This document shows positions 39,501-51,660 of a stretch of DNA of 64,000 nucleotides, in pieces. A program made the translations under genes and the position numbers. The notes below the pieces were generated by a model that had not been told where the DNA came from, did no database searches, and worked only from the letters and a program-made list of their open reading frames with translations. Source of the stretch: Rhizaria sp. SCN 62-66 (Eukaryota); contig MEDY01000054.1 of the NCBI GenBank assembly GCA_001724265.1, positions 1-64,000 on the forward strand, in the 5' to 3' direction. Every line of letters starts with the position of its first letter. Within the stretch, counting starts at the first letter, position 1.

Positions 39501-41625
39501 TAACACCGCCAGCGGGATCGCGATGGGCGGCGGCGTGGGCGGTGGCGACTACGGCGGCTACAGCGTCGGCGCGGGCGCCTTCGACGGTGGAAGCGGCTCG
39601 GTCTCTGGCGTGGGCTCTGGCATCGACTCGTTCGACGCGTCGTCGTACTCCTCCGCGGCCGCCGTCGCCTCCGTCAACAGCTTCGACACGTGGGGACTCG
39701 ACTACACCATCGCGATGCTCTCCTCACAGGACCAGCAAGTCGCGCTTGGCGCGCTCGCTATTCTGGAGAAGTGCGCACGTATCTCCCCGCCCACGCCCGC
39801 GCCCGCGCCGGCCCCCGCGCCGGCCCCCGCCGCCGCGCCCGCGCCAGGCAGCGGCGCGTCCCCTTACGGTTCCACCGCGGCGGCCGCCGCCGCCGCTGCG
39901 GCCACGGCGTCCGCGCCCGCGCCGAACGCGATCATCTCGGCCGCAAGCGGGTATGTCCCAGCCATCGTCTCCCGTCTCCCGCTCGCGCGTCTGCGGCAGT
40001 TTGGCCCCTTTGCGCACGGCCTCGTCATGGCGCTGATGGGCTCTGAGATCGGTGCCAAGTACTTGCTGGAGGGCTATGTTCCCGGCGCGTGGAAGCGTGC
40101 TGAGATCTGCTTCACTCCGCCCACTGCGCCCGAAGCGCAAGCGCACGCGGTGATCCTGCAACAGGCACAGGCGCAGCAAGTGCAGGCGCGGACGCAGCAT
40201 GCCGCCGCCACGGCTGCGCTCGCCGACGCCGAAGGTACTGGTGCGAGCCAGAGCATCACTGCGGCGGCCGCGGCTGTCGCTGCCTCACTTGCAGTGCTTA
40301 ACGCTGCCAACGCCGCTGTGGCCGCCGCGACTGCCGCCGGCATCGCCGCCGCGGCCTCCGCGACCGCGGCCGTTGCTTCACACGGCTCTGTGCCCGCACC
40401 CGTCGCGCTCGGCGCCCCCGCTGGCAGTTACGCGCACTGGTACCTCACTGGTTCCGTGCTGCCGCCGCCTGCGCTCCTCTACAGCAGCCCCGGCAGCCCC
40501 GGCAGCGCCAGCAGCGCGCTTAACAACGCCGTTGGCGGCGTTTTCAGGCGCGGACAGCTCGCCACTGACGAGAACGTGCTTTATGACGCCGCTGCTGCTC
40601 TCGCGGGCGTGCCCGTGCCGCTGCTCCCCGCCGCGGCCGCCTCCGCCGCGGCCGCCACGGGGAGCTCCGGCGGCGCCGCGGCGTCGTCTGAGTACCTCTG
40701 CCGCGTTGGCGCGCTGCTCGCAGTGCCCACGGCGTGTCTCGGCCCTCCGACGTCGGCGACGCAGCCGCCAGCGTCCCCTGCCAGTGGCGGCAGTCTGAGT
40801 CCCACCGCGAGCACAGCCGCGGACAGCGGCGATGTGTCGATGCTCGACCTGATGTCGACGTCGTCGCTGCCGCTGCTGCTCCCGCTACCGCAGCGGCTGC
40901 GCCTGCCACCCGTGCCCGTGTCGCTCGCCGACAAGTGGTTTGCGTCCACCGCGGCGCCCTTCGCGACGCCTAGCGCGAGCAGCTCCAACATGCCCGCTGC
41001 GACGGCCGACGCGGACGCCGCGGCCGACGCTTCCGCCGCCGCCACTGCGACCGCGTTCGACACCGACGCGGGCGGCGGCGTGCCAGCTGGGTGGGCGGTC
41101 GGCGCCGGTGTCACCCCGCTCGCTGCCGCGGTCGCCGACGCGTTGGCTATGGCGTGGGTCGCCACACGTCTGCCGCCGCCGACCTTCGGCTCCGGCGCCG
41201 CCGCTTTACCTGGTGGCAGCGGCGGTGGTTTTGGCGCATTTGGCGGTCCCCGCGGTCGTGGCCGCTTTGGTAACTACGGCAACAACTGCATCGGCGGCGG
41301 TGCTAACGGCGAGAACGCCGGTCACAGCTCCTACGACAGCGTCACCCCGTCTCTGGGTCTGGCGTCATCGTGGCTGCCCTCGGTGCTCTCGATCCTGCCG
41401 TCGCCGGCGCCCACAATGACCCCCACAAGCACCGCCGCTGCCGCGACTGCCGCGGCAGGCTCCGCGCCCGCGTTCGCGCCCCACGCGCTCGCACCGCGCT
41501 GCGGCGCCGCCGCATCCGCCGTCTCACACGACGCCGCGCTCGCGCTCGCGCTGACAGGTGGCGGCGGCGCGGCGGGCGGTATTGTCTCCGTGTCTAACCC
41601 GTCCGCCCCCGCGCTCGCCCCCGCA

Positions 41626-41660
<35 letters not shown>

Positions 41661-44600
41661 GACCGCAACTGCTCCCCCCGCAGCGCCCGCGCCCGCGCAG
41701 TCCGCCGGCGGCGGCGGTTTCGCGGCGTACACTCATCCCGCCGCGACGTCGACTGCGGTGCCGTCTGTCGCCGCCGTGGCCGAGGGGCTCATCATGGCCT
41801 CGTCATCCGCGCTGCCGCGTGACTTGGCGCCCGCCTACGCGCGCACTGCGCTGCCGTACGTCACCGCTGACACATTCGTGCACGAGCAGTACTCGGAGCT
41901 GATGATGCGGTATAGCTACAACTACGCGCGCCGCTACGCCGAGCTCAGTCTGTTCGAAATGCGCAAAGCCGCCCGCCGCCAGCGCCGTGCCGCGGCCGCC
42001 GCGGCCAACGCCGCCGACGCCGCGGCCGCCGCGAGCGTCACGGCGACGGGCGTGGGCGCGCTCGGCGGGTTCGACACCGCTTCGAGGTACTACCGTGGCA
42101 TGGTGTCGGGCCCGCTGGCGCTGCCGCCGCTGCCGCCGCTGGCGCTGCCCGCCTGGGTGCTCACCGGCAGCGAGGATCCCTATTTCCTTCTGACGGACAC
42201 GCCTGGCTTCCTTGCGCACGCCAGCTACTCGAGCGCGACCGCGCGCGCGCCCACTTCTGACTGGGGCGCCGCGCCGTCGCCGCCCTTCTCGCTCACGGCC
42301 GCTCTCGGCGCCGGTGGCAGTAGTTCCGGCGCCAGTGCCGGCGGCGGCGTCGCGGACGCGACCGCCGTGCTGTACTCGCACTACTACACCACGTCGTTGC
42401 GGCTCAAGGCGCGCGCCGCGCTGCGCCAACACAGCCGCGCGCAGAGGGCCCGCAACGGCGCCGCGGCCGCTGCGGCCGCTGCTGCCGGCGCACCCGCTCC
42501 CGCCCCCGGCTTTGGCAGCGGCGGCGGCTTCGGCGGCGGCGGTTTTGGGTTTGGCGCTGGCTCTGGCGCTGGTGGCTGGGGCTCGAACTTCGGTGGCCTT
42601 CCGCTGCTGCCGCCGCCGACATGCGGCCCCAGTGGGAACTCAGCCGGCACCGGCGACAACAACAGCGGCCGCCGCTCCCGCGACCGCAACTCCGCACGCA
42701 CACCGGCCGCTGCGATCGCCGCCGCGCTCACAGGCTCCGCGTTTGCGGCCCCGCCGCACCCCAGCGCCGCCGCCACCGGGGACGGCGCCAGCGGAAGCAG
42801 CGGCGGCGGCGGCGTGGCGGGCGCGTGGCCGTGGACGCAGAGCTTCAAGGGCCACGACTGGCACTTGCACGCGCGCGCACAGGCGCTGCCGTGGGTGGTC
42901 GAGCTCGCCGTCGAGACCACGCCCGTCACCGTGACGACGGTCACCACGACTGCTACGACGACGCTCGCGCCCGCTCAGGGCCACGGCGGCGCCGTCGACG
43001 CCGCTGGCAGCAATAGCACTGCTGTGCCGCACGCGCAGTCCGCTGCGAGTGGCGCGCCCGCTACTGTGCGCGTGAACCAAGCGCACACCGTCACAGTCGG
43101 CATGCCGAAGGCGACTGCGCTGCTGACCGACGTGGCCGTGACGCCCGGCTTCGGCGACGGCGGCGTCGCGTCGCCCGCGGTCGTCGCTGCCACGGTCAAC
43201 AAGCACCTCAAGCTGCACGCCATGGCGGTTCAGCGCACGCTTACCGACGCGGGCTCCACTGTCACTGCGTCTTCCGCGACTGCCAGCGCGCAGCAACAGC
43301 AGCAACTGCAGCAGCAGCGCCAGCAGCAGGCGATGATGAACCGCGGCTCCGTCGCAGTGCCTTCTGTGACCCCCGAGGCCAGCTCCTCTGCATCCTCTTC
43401 CGCCTCCGCCGCTGCCGCTGCTGCCGCCGCGAGCGCCGCCGCCGCTGCTGCTGCGCCCACCACTGCCGCGACGACGACCGCGTCTGTGTCGCTGTCTCTG
43501 CAGCACCGCCTCGTGGCCGAGGATGGCGAAGTCGAAGGCGGCGTTGGCGTCTACGTCGTCGCCACCGTCGTCGACCAAGACGGGATCGCGGCGCCCTTTG
43601 TCGTCAACGACCGCTACACCCCGCCGTGGGCCGAGGCCGCGCAGCGCGCTCTGGCCGACGCCGCCGCGATCGACGCCGCCGCAGCCACCGCGCGCGCCGC
43701 GCTGGTGTCCGCCAACAGCGGGAGCGCGGGCTGCAGCTGCTGCGACAAGAAGCGTCCTCTGTGTCCCCAGCGCCGCCAGCGCCAGCGCCGGCGCGAGCGC
43801 AGGCAGCGCCGCGACACCATCGCCACGGGTGGCGGCGCGTGCTGCGCCGGCCCCCTGTGTGCGTACGCGCCCGCGCAGTCGAACAGCAACAGCACGGGGC
43901 TCGGGTTCCAGCCGTACCCGTCCAGCGCATCCGCCGCGGCTGGCGCTGCTTTGACAACGGTAACAACGACCACGACGACGACCATCACGAGCTCGGCCCC
44001 GCTGCTGCGCTTCATCACGCGTCTCTCCGTCGGTAGCTCCTGCGGCCGCGCGCCGCCGCTGGGCTCCGCGGAGGCGCGCGCGCGCACCAAGCCCGCGACG
44101 CTTGCGACGGCGACCGTCACGCCCGCCTCGGCCGCGGGCGCGGGCACTGTGGGCTACAGCATCGCCTCGCCTCTGGGCAGCGTGCTCGCGACGTCGACGG
44201 CCACCACACCCGCCGTCGCGCCCGCCGCCGTTGCCGCCGCGACCGCCGCCGCGAGCTCCGCGGCCGCGACCGCGTCTGCGGGCGCGGACGGCACCCCCAA
44301 CCTGCCGCTGTCAGTGATGGCCGTGCTGTCCTCGGACGGCGACCACGCCGACGCCGTGCTCGCTTCGCTGCTCGAGCATCAGGCCGCTAACGCCGCCAAC
44401 GCTGCCGCCAACGCGGCCGCCTCGACTGCGCGCCGCAGCAAGGCCGCGTCGGCCGCGACTACGCCCGCCCACCACGCTAGCGGCTCTGCCCCCGCGGTGT
44501 CCGCTGCGACGGCGAGCTTCTTCTCGTCCGCCGCGCCCGCCAGCGCCGCCGTATCGGGCACCGGCTCCGGCGCTGGCGCTGGCCCCGGTGCGGGCTCCTC

Positions 44601-47600
44601 CGCGGCCGCGGCCCTGGCTTTCGCATCTGGCTCCGCAACCACGACGTCGGTGCCCGTGCACACGATCTCACTGGGCCCACTCGGCGTGGCGCCGCTGCCG
44701 CCGGGCTTCGTGCCTTTCGGCTCCGGCATCGAAGGCATGGGCTTGCTGCCGCAGCTGCACGCCATCGGCGGCGCGCACGAGGTCGCCACAGCTACGGGCG
44801 TCGAGCTCGCGCTGGCGGCCGCCGCGACCACGGCGTCCGTGTCCGCTGCTGTCGGCGGCACGGCACCGTCGGGCGCGTCCCTCGCGTCGGCGTCCTCCGC
44901 CGCGGCGGCCGCCGCCGCTGCCGCCGCGGCTGCCGCCGCCTCGGCCTCCGCGGCCGGCGCCAACGTGCGCTTTGGTCGCACCACTGTCTCCGGTCCCTCG
45001 GGACTTGGGTCTGGCGCGGGCGGCGCGGGCGGACTGCTCGGCTCTGGCTCCGGCTCCGGCGCCGGCGGCTCGGGCTCGAGCGCGGCCGCGTCTGGCGCGC
45101 TGACTCAGGCGACGCTGAGCGAATGGGTTGACGCGTCGCTCGCGCTCTTCAGCCCCCTGCGGCGCAGCGCGGCGCGCTCGTTCGGCCACTACTTTGGCGC
45201 TCTCCCGCTGGCGCTGCAGCCCACGATCACCGCCGCCGCTGACGCTGCGGATGCGGAAGGCGAGGATGCGTTCTCGATCTCTGGCTCCGGCGCCGCGCTG
45301 GGCGCCGTTGCCGGCCCAGCCACGACGCTGCCGCTGATGCTTGTGCCCGCACACCATGTCGGCCCCAAACGCTCCGCCGCCGCCACCGCCGCGGGCGCTG
45401 CGGCCGCGGTGGCTGGCACTGCGGGCGCGGCGGGCGCCCTGTGGGGCGGCCGCGCTCGCGAGTTCTGCTACTCGTGCGGCTACGCGTGCGCGCGCAGCAG
45501 TGCCAGCGCGGCCGCTAAGAGCCCGCTTCAGAGCGGCTACTGCGACCACGGCGACTGCTGCGGCCGCGCGCTGCTGCCCCCGTTTGCGTCCGCGTCCGTC
45601 CGCAATGGCACGCGCGGCGGCGCTGCTGCTGCTGCCGCCGCCGCCGCTGCGAAGCAGGCCTGCACGTGCGTTCACTGCCCGACTTCGTCTGCGGTGCCGC
45701 CGCCCCCCGCGGCCGCCGCAGCCGCCGCGAGCGCGACCGCTGCGTTGGCGCCATCTGGTGTCGTTGCCGCGTCTGCGCGCGCGCTGCGCCAGTGGGCGGA
45801 CACCGTCTGCGCCGACAGCGACCTCGTCTCCGCGACGCAGCACTACTTCGTCATCGACGGCCGCGTGCGTTATCTCTTCAAGCTCACACAGAACGCGCCC
45901 TCGACCGCGCACCACGCACCGCTGCACACGCCACACGCGCACATATCTGCTGCGTCCGCGCCGGCGTTGTCCCCGGACGCGGCCGCCTCGAGTGCCGCCG
46001 CCGCCGCTGCCGCGCTTGCGCGCGCTGGCGTCACGGCCTCAAGCCTGGTCGCTGCGGCGACTGTGACGGGCACCGGCAGCGCCTCCAACCACTGCTGCTG
46101 CCGCAACGGCGTCGCCGCCGCCGTCGCCGCGGGCGGCGGCTATCGCGGCGCGCTGGATGCTGAGGAGGACTCTGAGGACTCGAGCCCCGAAAGCCCTTCG
46201 TACGAGAAACAGCAGCAACAGCAGCAGCGCCAGCGTTGGCAGCAGCATGAGCACGAGCAGCGCCTGCGCGTCGCTGCGGCCGTCAAGGACGCCGAGGAAG
46301 AGGACGAGGAGAACGAGCGGTGGGGCATCGGCAACTGCTCCGACTGGGACACCAACGCGCTCGACTGCGAGGAAGACTCGGAGGACGACGACGACGCGCT
46401 CGCCAACAGCAGTAGCTGCGGTAGTAACAGCGCCTTCGGCCCCGCCGCCCGCCGCGCCTCGGCGCTCGCCGCGGCCGCTGCCGCCGCTGCGGAGCAGCGG
46501 CTGCGGTCTTCCGAGTACTTCAGCAGCGATGAAAGTTCCGGCGGTAGCGACGACGACGCGCCCGACGGCGGCTCTGCGGGTGATGACGACGAGAACGACG
46601 CCAACGGCGCCGCTGCGGGCACCGAGTTCTGCACGTGCGCGCACACGACCACCGCGGCGCGTGCGGCCGATCCCGGCGCCGCCGCGGCCGCCGCGTGCGC
46701 GTCGTCGTACACGCTCTCGCTCGTGTCCGTGTGGTTCTCGCTGCCGCCGTCGGCCGACACGCTGGCGCCCGTCGCGCCCGTCGCCGCCACGCCGCTCGCT
46801 CAGCTCATGCGCTCCGGCCCCGGCCGCGCCGTCGTCGCCGCCGCGGGCGCAGAGCCCTTCCCGACCGTTGTGTCGCTGCCGTGCGCTGCCGCAGCCGCTG
46901 CGGCCGCGGCGTCGACCGCGACTGCCGCCGTCACCGCTGCAATGACTCCCGGCGCGCCCCCGGTCTCCGCGAGCCCGCGCCTCTGGCGCGCTGGCTTCGG
47001 CGGCGGCGGCGGCGGCGGCGGCAACTGGAGCGGACTCGCGTCGTCGTCGTGGGTTGTCGCGCTGCGGCCGCGCGCGTTGCTCGCGCCTGCACCAGAGCCG
47101 CTGACGCCCGCCGCTGTGACGGCAACGCTTGCATTCGCGGCGCAGCCGTCGTCCGCGGCCGCTGTGGCCGGTGTGGCCGCTGCTTCTGCGACTGCCGCCG
47201 CTGGTGCCGCCGTCTCTGGCGCGAGCACCGTGTCGTTCGCGCGCGCCGGCTACCTGAGCGAGGCCGCGCTGCTGTTGACGCGCGCGGCACACAGCCCGTC
47301 TCTGATTAACACGCTCGCTTACTCCGGCCTCGCGCACGCCGGCGCCGCCGCGTCGGCCGCGTCCGCGCAGAGCGGGCTCTCGGCCTCGCGCCTGCACATC
47401 TTGCTCTCGGCGTCGTCGCTGCCGCTGTCGCCCGAGATCCAGGCGATCCGCGCGCTTATCGCGACAGTCGGCACCGCCGCGGCCGCCGCGCTGTCGGCCG
47501 CGGGTCCGGCGATCTTCACGCTGGTCTCGGCTCCCACGCCGTCATTCCCGCCCACGCCCGCGCCCTCGCTGACGCCGTCGGCCGCCGCGGTGCACTACCT

Positions 47601-50600
47601 CGCCACCGTCGCGTCGCACCGCGCGCCCGCGCTCGAGAGCATCTCGATCCGCGCCGCGCCCGCGTCCGCCGCCGCGGAGGGCGCGCCGGGGACTGTGCCG
47701 CCCGCCCTGGTCTCCGCACTCGTGAACGCCGTCGCCGCGGTCGCGTTGATCGCGCGCACGTCGCCCATCACGACGCTGCGTGGCGCCGCGGCCGCGGCCG
47801 TGGCGATGATCGAACAGGTCGCCCCCGGCGCCTGCGCTGCGGCCGCGGCTGCTGCGGCCGCGACGGCGTCTGCGGCGACTGCGGCTGTGGCGTCTGCGCC
47901 CGCTTTCCCCATGGCAGGCGCGGCGACCGCGGCGGCTGCTGCGACGACTTTTGCCGCTGCCACTGCCGCTAACGCTGCGACGATGGCCGCCAGCGCTGCG
48001 TTGTCCGCGGCCGCTCTGCTTTCGGCTCCGATGCCGTCATCGTTCGGCACTGCGCTGACTGACCCTGCGGCCACAAATAGTAACAGCGCCAAGCGCGGCG
48101 CGCGCGGCCCCGCACTGCGCCCTGGCCGCGAGTCCACTGTCTCCGCCTCGCTAGTCTCCACGCCCACAGGCGCGCTCGTCGGCGGGCTGCTCACGGTTAC
48201 TCCGCGTCCCCGCCGCGCGGGCGGGCTGTCAGCGCCCGCGCTGGCGGTGACTGTGCTCACCTACACTCAGTCCATCTGTCCGCTCGGGCTGCTCGTGCCG
48301 ACTTCGGCGCTGCCCAGTGTCTCGCTGCGCAACGCGATTGCAGCAGGGACCAACTCTGTGAGTGCAGCGACGTCGTTCTACTCCGCCGCGACCTCCACAG
48401 GCAGTCGCAAGAACGCTGTGGCGGCGTCTAATGCACTCGTTGGCGGAGCGAGAGGCTCGGTCATGCAGGCGACGCGCACGCTCCAGCGGCCGTCGCTGGC
48501 ACAGACCACGCTTTCTGCAGCTGCCAGCGGCGGTAGCTACAGCAGCAGCAATGCCAGCAGCAGTAGCAGCAGCAGTCTGAACGTGCTTTCGTCCGACGCC
48601 GCCGCTCGCCCCCGCATTCCCGCTCTCACCAGCGGCGGCGGCGGCGGCGGCGCTGCCACTGTCTCCGTCCCTGCGCCTGCCACAGCCTCCTCGGCTCCCG
48701 CGCCCACCGCCAGCAGCAACAGCGTGTACGCCAACACCGGCCCCGGCGCCAACGCGGTAGCGTCCCTCGCGATCGCATCCGCCGGGCTCTCGTGCTCGCA
48801 GTCGCCCGCCGCGCTCGCCGCGCTGGGCCGCATCACCGCGATGGCGCCCGTCTGGCACGCCCACTGGCGCCAGCAACGCGAGTGTGAGCGCGAAGACGAC
48901 GCCGCGGCCTGCGGCTTTGCTTCGACGGCGGCCGTTGCTTCCGCGCCCGCTCGCCGTAGTGGAGGCGTGGCCGGCGCCGCGACTGCTGCTGGGACCAGCG
49001 GCGTGCTGACTCTGGCGCCGCTTACGCCCGCGCTTGCGCCGCCGTCCGCGTTCCCGCCGCCGCGCGTGCTCGTCATCACGGCGCTGGTGCCGCAGATCCC
49101 GTCCACGGGCCCCGCGGCGCCGTCCTCGGTCACCACCGGTGTGCTCGCTGGTGCCGGCGTCGCTGCGTCGACTTTACTTACACCTTCACCCGCCGCTGCC
49201 GCCGCTGCGGCCGCTGCTGCGTCGTCCTCGTCATCTTCCGCGCTCGCGCTATGCGCGCGCCCCACGCTGCCTCCTCACGCCGCCGCCGCCACGGCCGCCG
49301 CGGCCGCTGCCGCGACTGCGTCCGCGTCCGGCCCCCCGTGGCGCCGTCTCTGGGCCTCGGTCGTGCTGCCGTGGGCGTGCGATCCTGCGAACAACTTCTC
49401 GGTCACCGCTCTGCCGCGCACTGCGTACGACGGCAACAACGCTGCGCCCGCGGGCTCGGCGGCGGGAGCGGCGGCTGCGCCTGAAAGCAGCGCGTTCGAC
49501 GTCTTTGACAACAACGCCGACCCTGCGCTGCAGCAGCAACAGCTCGCGCTGACGGACGGCAATGCAACCGGCTCCGCTGGAGCGGGCGTGCTCGTTCCTT
49601 CCGCCGCAAAGGTCGCTTACCTGCAGTCGCGCGGCGGCGACCGCGCGCAGGAGCGCCGCTGGGTGCAGTTGCTGCTGGGCCACATTGTCTCACTGGGCAA
49701 CAGCGTCACGCAGCGCACGTCGTTGTCAGTGCTGCGCCAGTTGAAGCAGGGTATGACGACGGCGATGATCATGTCTCTGCAGAAGCAGCAGCAGCTCACC
49801 GCCGCCGTGCTGCCCGCCGGCACAGTTACTACAGCACTGACGCCGCTGCCCACCGCCAACGCGGCCTCCGCAGCCACTGCCGCTGCCTCCGCGGCTGCTC
49901 CAGGCGCGGGCGTGTCGCATGACGTGCACACGCTGCTGGCGGCGCTGGGTGGGCTCGGCGCGGGCGCGGCGACGCTGATCCAGCCGCACCCGATGCAGTA
50001 CCACGCGCACCAGCAGCAGATCCTGCAGCAGCAGCACCACCAGCAGCACGGCGGGCCGCTCTACCCTCCGCCGCCGCCACCCGCGCCGTCGGCCGCACTC
50101 ATTTCTCTCTCGCTGCTGCCGCAAGGCTACGGCGGCGCGCCCCCCGCGGCCGCCATCGGCCCCGGCGTGGCCCCCGGCGCCTCTGCGGCCGGCGCGGCGC
50201 CCACCGCTGTCGCGGAGGCGGCGCGGCGCGCAGTGGAGATCGCGGCCCGCGGCGTCACGCCCGTGGTGCGCTACTACTACCGCCCGCCGCGCGCCACGCG
50301 CTCGCCCATTGCTCACGGTCAGTACGGCGCGCAACAGGGACAGGCGCAGCGCGGGGCGAGGCGCGGCGCTGCTCGGAAGACTGTGAACAGCAGCGGTGTG
50401 ATGCGCTATTCACCGCACACATCGTCGCTGGTGCCGCTGCCGACGCGTCTATTTGCCGAAGTTATGAAGCTTCTGTACAGCGGACTGGGCGGGCTCTCGC
50501 TGCCCGCGCGCCGCTTCGTGCTGTATGACCTGCTGCTGCCCGTGGCGCTCGACGACGCTGTGCGTGTGCCGGAGCCCGTGCCCACCGCGGTTCCCGTCGC

Positions 50601-51102
50601 CGTCGTCTCTGAGCCTCCCGCGCCCGCCTCCGCCGGCGCGGGCGACGCAGTTGCGGCCGTAGCACCGGCGCGCCGACAGGGCGACTACGACGAGGACGAC
50701 GAAGACGATAGCGGCGCCGAGGCCGAGGGTGCCGCGGCGCTGCGGATCCGGCGCCAACGCGGTCTGCTGCCGTCACAACTGTCGCTGCACGGCGCTGGCA
50801 TCGACACCGTGTCGGTGCTCTCGGTCATCGACACTGCGCTGGAGCTGCCGCTGGGCACGCTGTACGCGGGCCACGGCAATGATGACGACTTTGCCGAGGC
50901 TAAAGACGCCGATGACGGCTGCGACGACGACGACGATGATGCTGCTGAGGACAGCAACGACGACTGCGACGAGTGTGACGACAATGAGTCGGAGTTCCAT
51001 CCGCAGCGCGTTGTCGACGAAACAGGCTCCAAGGAGGATGCGCGTGATTCGGCTGCCATGGAGCATGCATGGACGCGTGCTTTGTTTCAAGCCAAGCGGT
51101 AA
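27557..51102 (+). CDS. RICTOR: RICTOR/Avo3 (TORC2 subunit), hugely expanded, ~7,806 aa; exons 27557-39034 and 39160-51102
   Basis: Collinear RICTOR-like blocks: ERLQAVKLIK; RVALDCLLELAVTQP; QWNFPLILHLLE...TKFFKRLLSMLRP; YITLLGILTSSH/HGTALL across the 125-nt intron; LLRAFAHSLDF; FDTWGLDYTIAMLSSQDQQVALGALAILEKC; IARTSPITTLRG; IVSLGNSV; LFAEVMKLL...LSLPARRFV. Ends in TAA with an abrupt drop in GC. Confidence 0.9.
41626..41660 (+). repeat. (GCC)n coding trinucleotide repeat (poly-Ala), one of many in RICTOR
   Basis: About 11 uninterrupted GCC units. Confidence 0.8.
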
Positions 51103-51502
51103 GCAGACATAATTATCTTATCATATCAGGTTCTTGCCTCGATCTGAGGTCCTAACCATAGAAGTCTATAGAAAGTATTAGTCCGAAGTTATCTTATTTT
51201 ATTGTCTCGATATGAAGTTAAAAAAAGTCGAATATATTTCAATTAATAAATCATTACACTATTCATAAAATCAACGCTGAATATGTCATTGTTGTAGTTG
51301 TTCTGTTGTCACATACAAAGCATGTCGATCGTCTTGATAATGTTAATACTACAATGTTTCGTCTTTGTGTTCTCCTTTCGCCTGGCTAATACAACTCCTC
51401 TATCTAAGATTTGGGTGCAGGGCCAATATTTTCGTTGACTGTAAGTTGATCAGTTAGGTGTATTGTCGAGTGTTATTTAGTGTACACAAGTTTCGCAAGA
51501 CA

Positions 51503-51520
51503 ATCGGTTTATATCCTGAA
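51503..51520 (+). promoter_or_regulatory. Candidate TATA-like core promoter motif ATCGGTTTATATCCTGAA upstream of the 51661 gene
   Basis: Near-identical to 21944-21961 and at the same spacing from the start codon. Confidence 0.4.
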
Positions 51521-51660
51521 TTATATTTTCGAACTATGAAGTTGAACCTCTTCTAATTTGAATCTCACAGACCACCCTTGACCAACACACCGACAGCCTC
51601 CTCTTTCACTTTCTCACAGCCCCAGAGCAAGGTTATCCCTTGATCTTGCGTTAAGACCGC

